32,000 nucleotides of DNA from positions 2,580,001 to 2,612,000 of the forward strand of contig NZ_LT934425.1 of assembly GCF_900232105.1 (NCBI RefSeq), given 5' to 3'. Of the stretch, positions 1-6,180 are shown one piece after another. The notes under the pieces are model-generated. The model was given only the letters and a program-made list of their open reading frames with translations, searched no databases and was not told where the DNA came from. Position numbers and translations under genes: made by a program. This DNA comes from Candidatus Kuenenia stuttgartensis. GTDB taxonomy: Bacteria; Planctomycetota; Brocadiia; Brocadiales; Brocadiaceae. Positions within the stretch are counted from its first letter, which is position 1. Each line of letters opens with the position of its first letter.

Positions 1-2
1 TG

Positions 3-578
3 TTGGAATCACATGGTAGCAATATCGAAGACTTAAAGAGGGATATTACAATTTCTTTGTCTTTGGAAAAATACTTTGCTGATACCGTAAGCGATGCAAA
101 AGTAAAAGACTATTTTGAAAAAAACAGACAGATATATGATGGCACTGAGGTTCAGGCCAGCCATATTTTAGTAGATACGCGTAACCTGCAGGGTGAAGAA
201 GATCTGGCAAAGGCAAAGCAAAAGATAGAAAAGGTAAAAGCTGAGATCGCTGAAGGGAAAAAAGACTTTGCCAAGCTTGCCGAAGAATATTCTGATTGTC
301 CGTCCTCGAAAAAAGGCGGAGATCTTGGCTATTTTGTAAGAAAGGGCCAGATGGTGGAACCATTTGCGGAGGCGGCTTTTGCTTTAAAAGTGGGAGAGGT
401 GAGCGATGTTGTAACGACCCAGTTTGGATATCATATCATAAAGGTTACTGATATCAAAAAGGGCGGGGAAATTGATTTTAATGAATTAAAACCTGAAATT
501 AAACTGGACATATTAAAACAAAATGCCGATTCCCTGCTGGACAGATTAAAGCAGCAGGCAAAGATTGAAATCAAGTAA
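3..578 (+). CDS. Parvulin-type peptidyl-prolyl cis-trans isomerase (PpiC/PrsA/SurA-like), 5' end cut by window edge
   Basis: The ORF is open from the window edge. It has rotamase-domain motifs (ASHILV, DCPSSKKGGDLGYF, FGYHIIKV) and is followed by a strong intrinsic terminator. Confidence 0.85.
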   Translation: MESHGSNIEDLKRDITISLSLEKYFADTVSDAKVKDYFEKNRQIYDGTEVQASHILVDTRNLQGEEDLAKAKQKIEKVKAEIAEGKKDFAKLAEEYSDCPSSKKGGDLGYFVRKGQMVEPFAEAAFALKVGEVSDVVTTQFGYHIIKVTDIKKGGEIDFNELKPEIKLDILKQNADSLLDRLKQQAKIEIK

Positions 579-630
579 CATACGTAAACAGTAAAATATT
601 TTCGATGCATTTTGGAGGTCTTTTAAACAA

Positions 631-678
631 AAAGCTTCCCTTCCGGCAATTAAATGAATAGGAAGGGAAGCTTTTTTT
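631..678 (+). terminator. Rho-independent terminator of the PPIase gene
   Basis: A perfect 14-bp stem, AAAGCTTCCCTTCC (631-644) with GGAAGGGAAGCTTT (661-674), runs into a T-tract ending at 678, about 55 nt after the stop codon. Confidence 0.85.
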
Positions 679-784
679 ATCTGTAAACAGTCTTAAAGTG
701 TCTTTTAAAGCACAAGGGGAAAACAATAAATCAGGCTGCCCTTGGCACCTACTTTATGCTGCTGCTGCTGCTGTTGATGTTAAT

Positions 785-811
785 GTAGAGACGCATGCAA
801 TGCGTATCTAC
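785..811. repeat. Short palindromic element GTAGAGACGCAT-GCA-ATGCGTATCTAC
   Basis: A 12-bp stem with one mismatch and a 3-nt loop, read directly from the sequence. It lies in the repeat-rich intergenic region next to a (TGC)5 microsatellite at 757-773. Confidence 0.6.
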
Positions 812-832
812 AAAAATATTGAAATTTCTAAA

Positions 833-935
833 CTGGCATAGCCAGAACCAAACAAACAGGAAATAAAAAATACGAAATTCGAAGTACGAAATCCAAAACA
901 AATTCCAAAATCCTCCCCCATCACCCCTTCCAAGG
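833..935. repeat. Left half of a composite intergenic repeat interrupted by the IS (CCAGAACCAAACAA end motif plus CGAAAT-rich arm)
   Basis: 833-863 (CTGGCATAGCCAGAACCAAACAAACAGGAAA) matches 22617-22654. 885-904 (TACGAAATCCAAAACAAATT) matches the arm at 5969-5988 and, in reverse complement, the arms at 6118-6135 and 8913-8930. Confidence 0.6.
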
Positions 936-3321
936 CTAATCTTTACCCACAAATTTCAAGAGCACCGTAGTTGTACGGCCAATTGAGCTGAAGGCTAAGT
1001 GGTGTAAAGTTCGTAAGCAACTTCAATATCAGCCAAACGTGACATGCCTCGCCAAAGTACTTCACTTCCGGGATGGCCATCACCACGGCGACCCAGATGA
1101 CCGCCAAGTTTACCTAAAAGCCGCACGGCATCATTGAGGCTTGGAGGTAAATCAGGAGGCTCCTTGACCTTGTTCGCAAAAGTTGTCAATGCTTTCCATT
1201 CAGAATCGCTGAAGTAGACAGTACAAGGGACATCAGGTGTTTCTTGTCCTAAAGTAGTCAGGTAATGGATACGCCAAGCTATAATCATATCAATGGCCAA
1301 AGCGTTGCACAGACGACGGGCACTCTCCAACTGCCGGGACTCGACACGACAACCGCTCTTGATAATACGATGATAACACTCAATACCCCATCGGCGAGCA
1401 TACCATTCCAAACGTTCGTAAGCATCTTTTTCTTGCTTAACCGCAACTGTGGTTAACAGCATCCATTCTAACCCATCAATTCCTATAGGCGGATTGACTT
1501 CCTGCGCCAGCACCGCCCACACCCTGACCGCAGGCATATTCTTTTTTAGCATAGGTGGGCGCAGCGTAACAGGCATCGTTCGTACCATAAGTATTGCCTG
1601 ACGTGCGGAGCGTTTCTCACTCGGAGGTATCAATATTTCGCGGGTACCTATAACCGGTTGCTGTTCCAGTTTAGTCCACAAAAACTCGCATGATTCTTTA
1701 TCATCAACAACCTTTCTATTGCGCGAACGTTCTGCGCGGATCAGCAACTGAGCGCCATCAGGCGTATTATACTGCTCAGCGAATACCTCGTGAATATCGG
1801 CCTCACGATCTGCCACAACCACCAGTAAAGATTTGTTTCGACAGCGTTTCTGTACTTGCGATACTGCATGGTAACTCTCCACCCATTTCCAGCTTTCCTT
1901 CTCTTCGATAGGCTTCTTGTGTCGTTTATGTTTGCTGCCTATTCCGTCCCGCGCCCAGCATTGCACATTCAGAAGTCCCAAGGGTGTACCACTTTCAGTA
2001 AACGCCATCGTATCATGCACCATCAGTCCACGAACTTTTTCACTCTTAGTACCTATCGGTCCTAACCCCTGCGTATTCGGATGTGTGCTATAATTCAGAG
2101 TCGTAGTATCTTGCGCTACCAAAACCAAACTATTCTCCTTCACACGCTCTTCCGTGGCCTCATAATGAGCTTGCAATATCGCCTTCCAATCTACATTCTC
2201 ATTGTCAAGGAATCGGTATGCAGCCTTAGTCGCACTGACTGAGCCGCACGCCTGCGGAATGTTTGCCAAAGGTTTGTCATAAAACATACCTGTCATTTCT
2301 AAAAGTCTTGAGGTCAATCGTGCATCGCCCAATTTTGTTCCTCCAAGTTCCGCTTCTATCCAATCCCGAGGCTCTTTTTGTGCCACTCTTTGGCGAACAT
2401 GTACTTTGCCATCGGCACAACAACACAACACCGCCTGCCATTTCTTTTGCAACGGCATAACATAAACGTCTTTGACCGTTGCACCTGTTCCTTTTCGTCC
2501 TCGACCTTCCGTGCCTCCTACATACTTCCAGTTAGCTGCCCGATAACAGCTTCCGGAAAACCGTCCTCGTTCCACATAGGTTTCTAAAAGTACAGGACGA
2601 TATTTATACACTCTTTCCCAATCATCTACCAAACGTGTTTGGCATTTTGCCAATACATGCGATGCCAAACATTTTACTCTTACCGTAGGCGCTATTAAAT
2701 ACCGACTGTTATTGATAACAAACGTATGATTCCGCTTACGTGCTTCCTCCGTCCATCCTATCCACTCGTCGCGACTTTCCACCCGTCTGGCACAGGCACT
2801 ATAACTTAGCCCTCCTATCCATCCGTAATGTTCACTGCGTACAAGATACCGAAGTTGCGCCCCGCATAGGGGCCCACTTCCAAGATAATGATGCGCTTCT
2901 AACATGCTACGCCAAAGTTTCGAATGGAATCTCGTTGTAACCCGTATAATCTCTACGTCACCCAACTCCGCTAGCTCGCATGACACTTCCGCAATCGGAG
3001 GCGCCTCCGCAGGTTTATTGACTTTTTGAAATGCATAATGCTTGTTCACCTTTGGAAGATTGATCTCTTTACGACGATCCAATTCCAATAACGCCTTGCG
3101 ACAACTCATCTCTTGCAAACGGCCCGCTTGATTCCTCCAGTCCATCCATTCGCATACCAGACGCGACAGTTTACGACGCGATAGACAGGGTTCCTTTTGG
3201 ATAGTTTCTGATAAACGCTTTATTACATCATCTGAAAATATTCGACCTCCTACTCTAAGCATGTACACAGTGTAACATACGGTTAACACGGTGTCCAGCA
3301 AAAAATATGGGTCATCCCCAG
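936..3321 (-). mobile_element. IS element of the IS4/Tn5 (IS50-like) type, 2386 bp, single ORF
   Basis: The ends are imperfect terminal inverted repeats: CTAATCTTTACCCACAAATTTC (936-957) versus the reverse complement of 3300-3321, CTGGGGATGACCCATATTTTTT (12/22 identical, CT termini, ACCCA core). Each end lies 59 nt from the ORF end. The direct repeat TTCCAAGG flanks the element at 928-935 and 3322-3329. Confidence 0.6.
995..3262 (-). CDS. Transposase: Tn5-type DDE transposase (C-terminal ~460 aa) fused to an N-terminal ~300-aa DUF4338 (DruA-like) domain
   Basis: The C-terminal part carries Tn5 Tnp hallmarks (LGDARLTSRL, KAAYRFLDN, YARRWGIECYHRIIKSG). The N-terminal part carries HHYLG, RDEWIGW, NNSRYLI, LASHVLA, LLETYVE, CYRAANW and GRGRKG, which I recognise as DUF4338. 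The start is taken at the ATG at 3262 (MLRVGG...); the open frame extends to a TTG at 3301. Confidence 0.85.
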   Translation of the reverse strand: MLRVGGRIFSDDVIKRLSETIQKEPCLSRRKLSRLVCEWMDWRNQAGRLQEMSCRKALLELDRRKEINLPKVNKHYAFQKVNKPAEAPPIAEVSCELAELGDVEIIRVTTRFHSKLWRSMLEAHHYLGSGPLCGAQLRYLVRSEHYGWIGGLSYSACARRVESRDEWIGWTEEARKRNHTFVINNSRYLIAPTVRVKCLASHVLAKCQTRLVDDWERVYKYRPVLLETYVERGRFSGSCYRAANWKYVGGTEGRGRKGTGATVKDVYVMPLQKKWQAVLCCCADGKVHVRQRVAQKEPRDWIEAELGGTKLGDARLTSRLLEMTGMFYDKPLANIPQACGSVSATKAAYRFLDNENVDWKAILQAHYEATEERVKENSLVLVAQDTTTLNYSTHPNTQGLGPIGTKSEKVRGLMVHDTMAFTESGTPLGLLNVQCWARDGIGSKHKRHKKPIEEKESWKWVESYHAVSQVQKRCRNKSLLVVVADREADIHEVFAEQYNTPDGAQLLIRAERSRNRKVVDDKESCEFLWTKLEQQPVIGTREILIPPSEKRSARQAILMVRTMPVTLRPPMLKKNMPAVRVWAVLAQEVNPPIGIDGLEWMLLTTVAVKQEKDAYERLEWYARRWGIECYHRIIKSGCRVESRQLESARRLCNALAIDMIIAWRIHYLTTLGQETPDVPCTVYFSDSEWKALTTFANKVKEPPDLPPSLNDAVRLLGKLGGHLGRRGDGHPGSEVLWRGMSRLADIEVAYELYTT

Positions 3322-3329
3322 TTCCAAGG

Positions 3330-3447
3330 GGGGAGAATGTCCTCCGCTGACGGGGGTGCAGGGGGTGGATTCGTATTTAGCATTTCGGATTCACCATGTA
3401 ATATTTTGGCCAAAAATGCAAAGATATTACTGATAAGGTACTAATAG
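3330..3447. repeat. Right half of the composite intergenic repeat interrupted by the IS
   Basis: 3367-3395 (GGATTCGTATTTAGCATTTCGGATTCACC) is the reverse complement of the motif at 5948-5978 and 10563-10580. 3401-3447 (ATATTTTGGCCAAAAATGCAAAGATATTACTGATAAGGTACTAATAG) matches 22727-22772. Confidence 0.65.
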
Positions 3448-3562
3448 AAGCAAGATATTTTAAGTTGATTTTTCATCGTGGCTATAGTATCTTGCCCGGT
3501 GAAATTTTTATTAAACACTCTTATAATAAGCAGATGGGACAATGGCAATGCAAATAATACTT

Positions 3563-3591
3563 TTGACTATGTGAATCACATGTGATATATT
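3563..3591 (+). promoter_or_regulatory. Sigma-70-type promoter with a palindromic operator in the spacer, driving the 3669-5726 operon
   Basis: TTGACT (3563-3568), a 17-nt spacer, then TG-a-TATATT (extended -10, 3583-3591). The spacer holds three TGTGA/TCACA half-sites: ATGTGA-A-TCACAT (3569-3581), overlapping the perfect 10-bp palindrome TCACATGTGA (3576-3585). A GGGGA Shine-Dalgarno precedes the ATG at 3669. Confidence 0.55.
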
Positions 3592-3668
3592 CCCGTCTAC
3601 GTAACCAAATAAAATTCGATAATGATGTGTAATTTTAATGCATTTGCATTGAAAAGGGGAACAAGTCA

Positions 3669-4088
3669 ATGCCAATAAACAAAAAAAAACCAAAAACAGC
3701 AAGCATGAAAAAGACTGCAAAAAGTGCCATGAAAGCTACAAAAAAATCTACGGATAAGATTGTTTTGAGTTCTCTTTTTAAAACAATCATCATTGACGGC
3801 AAAACGGAGCAGGCGACCAGGCAGATTAGGCGGACGCTCTTTTTTGACCAGGTGGAAGTGTTTCCCTTTACGCAAATTAAAAAAATAGAATTAGTAAAAA
3901 ATGAGAAAGAATCAATAACAGACAGCTATTTGACATACGCAGTTTTATTGCATCTTAACAACGGAAAAACCATGTTGGTTGATGAACTTGGCGAAACATC
4001 CGTCAGAGGAGGTTTCAAAGAAATGAAAAACCTCGGGAAAAAGATCAGCATGATTACAGGCAAAGAATTTATTTTGTGTGACGAGTAA
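3669..4088 (+). CDS. Hypothetical protein with a lysine-rich N-terminal tail and a single Cys three residues from the C-terminus (...FILCDE)
   Basis: 139-aa ORF with a Shine-Dalgarno (AAGGGGA). The first ~30 residues are K/T/A-rich and histone-H1-like. I recognise no family. Confidence 0.6.
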   Translation: MPINKKKPKTASMKKTAKSAMKATKKSTDKIVLSSLFKTIIIDGKTEQATRQIRRTLFFDQVEVFPFTQIKKIELVKNEKESITDSYLTYAVLLHLNNGKTMLVDELGETSVRGGFKEMKNLGKKISMITGKEFILCDE

Positions 4089-4140
4089 CCTATTTCCATC
4101 GACAACCTTTACCACAAAGCAGTTGTGGGGGAGTTTCATC

Positions 4141-4707
4141 ATGTTCATTACGAGAAGTTTTTTTGCCGCCATTTTTATGGCGATACTTGTCTCTTCCCGC
4201 ATCGTAAATGCCTTTGAATCTGAAATGAACGAAGAACAGATTGCTGCGGCGATTGGTTACGGGAAGAAGCATAAAGGTATGGATGTTTTTAAAGGCACTG
4301 TGATAAAAAATGCTTGTTTTGGAAAATATCCTGAATTAGATAGTGGATTGATTATGAGTAAATACATTGAACTTGCCATTGTTTCTGCCATGAATGCGGT
4401 GAAAGAAAAGGAAACGACCGCCGACGATATAAATGAAATACAATCTGCGGATTTTTTTAAAGTAATTGTACTTGTTTTAGAAGAAGGCATTCAAACTCCA
4501 GGAGGCGTGCAGATTACATTAAAACAAGGTTTAAACAACATCTTGCCGCAAAAAACCGAGTTTGGGAGAAAGCATAAGGACGGTAAACAAAGTGTGATAG
4601 GGGTCTTTCGGTATGACAAGATAGATACGTATGCAAAAACTGAGGTTATCATAAAAACGAGGGGACGGGAAAAAACCTATAAAATTGATTTTTCTGTTAT
4701 AAAATGA
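4141..4707 (+). CDS. Hypothetical secreted protein
   Basis: The ATG at 4141 is preceded by GGGGGAG. It has an N-terminal signal-peptide-like sequence (MFITRSFFAAIFMAILVSSRIVNA/FE) and a single Cys (NACFG). Its stop overlaps the next start (ATGA at 4704-4707). The track ORF begins earlier, at a GTG at 4078. Confidence 0.6.
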   Translation: MFITRSFFAAIFMAILVSSRIVNAFESEMNEEQIAAAIGYGKKHKGMDVFKGTVIKNACFGKYPELDSGLIMSKYIELAIVSAMNAVKEKETTADDINEIQSADFFKVIVLVLEEGIQTPGGVQITLKQGLNNILPQKTEFGRKHKDGKQSVIGVFRYDKIDTYAKTEVIIKTRGREKTYKIDFSVIK

Positions 4708-5726
4708 TCAGGGAAGCAGAAGAAATAAAGACATGCCCAAAGCATACCTTTAGAGATAAACTTTTCGATTTTTCCTGCCGTCGCATTGGTTCTCAGCAAA
4801 CAAAAACTTTATTTAAATTATACGATCTAGCCACCTTCGACCTCTATGGCAAACCAAAAGGGGCAATAGGTGCGATTGATATTACCAACCGTTGTAACTT
4901 GCGTTGCAAACACTGTTATTTTTATGCGCATGATTACGCAGAAAAACCGGAGTTGAGTGACGATGAGTGGATTGAAAAACTGGAGGGACTGAAAGAAACA
5001 GGTTTCCCCTTTTATCAATGTTCATGGATTGGCGGTGAACCTTTGCTTCGGAAAGATTTGCTGGAGCGCTGCATGAAGTATTTCCGGTCAAATCTGATTG
5101 TCACAAACGGAACACTGGAACTTCCCAATTGGCCGGATGTGAATTTTTATATATCGGTTGACGGCAAAAAGGAGACACATGAAGCCATCCGTGGAAATGG
5201 TTGTTATGACATAATAAGAAAAAATGCGGGGAGAAACGATTTAAAGATTAGCGTTTCAATGGTAATTAATAAAATGAATTACCGTGAAATTGAATATTTT
5301 ATTGAGGAATGGAAAGAGGTTGGCGTTCGGGGTTGTTTGTTTCAAATACATACGCCGGTAAAAGGGTTGGCGAACAATGATTTTTGGCCTGGCTGGAAAC
5401 TGCGGGATGATATAGTAGATACATTGCTTCGATTAAAGGAGGAAAAGTATGGTGATTTTATAGGAATGCCGGTCCATGTGCTTAAGCTTATGAAATCCGA
5501 CAAATGTAAGGAGGTGACACGGAATTGCATTTTCAAAAAAGTATCGTTTTGTTTTGACCCGCAGGGCCAGATTAAAAAACCTTGTATGTTTGGACAGCAA
5601 GCAGACTGTCTGCGGTGTGGCTGTATCCTTCCTTTTCACCTGTGGGCATTGGAAGGTAAGTGGCTTTTAATGAGAGAGCTTATGATATATTTTAAACGCC
5701 GAGTGGGTAAAAAAATGCTTCGTTAG
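4704..5726 (+). CDS. Radical SAM enzyme with a Cys-rich (SPASM/twitch-like) C-terminal region
   Basis: CxxxCxxC motif in IDITNRCNLRCKHCYFY and a GGEPLL glycine-rich SAM motif. Seven Cys fall within ~45 C-terminal residues (KCKEVTRNC...FCFDPQGQIKKPCMFGQQADCLRCGC). It is translationally coupled to the upstream ORF. Confidence 0.85.
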   Translation: MIREAEEIKTCPKHTFRDKLFDFSCRRIGSQQTKTLFKLYDLATFDLYGKPKGAIGAIDITNRCNLRCKHCYFYAHDYAEKPELSDDEWIEKLEGLKETGFPFYQCSWIGGEPLLRKDLLERCMKYFRSNLIVTNGTLELPNWPDVNFYISVDGKKETHEAIRGNGCYDIIRKNAGRNDLKISVSMVINKMNYREIEYFIEEWKEVGVRGCLFQIHTPVKGLANNDFWPGWKLRDDIVDTLLRLKEEKYGDFIGMPVHVLKLMKSDKCKEVTRNCIFKKVSFCFDPQGQIKKPCMFGQQADCLRCGCILPFHLWALEGKWLLMRELMIYFKRRVGKKMLR

Positions 5727-5947
5727 CATATCGATACCAAAATAACATAGTAATGATGGTTGTTTTTAATACCTTTACTTTTTATTATTTTGGAATTGCA
5801 CTATCAGCCGCTTATACAATTCTTACATCCTCATGCCTTATGCCCCTGGCAGTGTGTTGTCTCTATCATAAAACACATATACGAGCACTATTACCAAACC
5901 CGAAAATATGAAATTCCAAAAAACGCAATAGTTCCCCCACCCCTAAT

Positions 5948-6137
5948 GGTAAAATCCGAAATGCTAAATACGAAATCCGAAACAAATTACAAATTCTAAA
6001 TTCATCCCGTTAGATAACATTCAATAATACATCTATTATTTGATAATTCTGTATCTAACGGGGTAAAATTTTCAAATGTTCAAACCCCGGTTTTTTCATT
6101 GGGATTTTGTATTTTGCAATTTGTTTCGTATTTCGTA
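5948..6137. repeat. Intact nested palindromic intergenic element (CGAAAT-rich arms)
   Basis: Outer arms 5969-6000 and 6106-6137 are inverted repeats (27/32). The inner stem CCCGTTAGATA (6006-6016) pairs with TATCTAACGGG (6052-6062). The leader motif GGTAAAATCCGAAATGCTAAATACGAAATCC (5948-5978) recurs at 3367-3395 (reverse complement) and 10563-10580. Confidence 0.75.
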
Positions 6138-6180
6138 CTTATTGTGTTCTTGCCTGTCCATATTAGGATATTAATTATTT

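Noticed and set aside
749-952. 67-aa minus-strand ORF (…FWISYFEFRIFYFLF…)
   Set aside because: It lies entirely in dispersed repeats, a (TGC)5 microsatellite and a palindrome. The peptide is low-complexity, there is no RBS, and the same pseudo-peptide pattern arises wherever the CGAAAT repeat is translated.
1265-2940. Six 63-73-aa plus-strand ORFs inside the IS
   Set aside because: They are antisense to a 755-aa ORF with clear transposase motifs. They are short and show no recognisable features.
3327-3368. G-rich tract (GGGGGG…GGGGG…GGGGG) as a G-quadruplex
   Set aside because: There are only three runs of 3 or more G, with long, uneven loops. It is better explained as the G-rich half of the C-rich/G-rich dyad of the palindromic element split by the IS.
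5760-5999. 79-aa plus-strand ORF upstream of ydbH
   Set aside because: Its C-terminal half is the family B repeat arm (KSEMLNTKSETNYKF). It has a non-ATG start without a Shine-Dalgarno, and it is most likely a translation artefact of repeat DNA.
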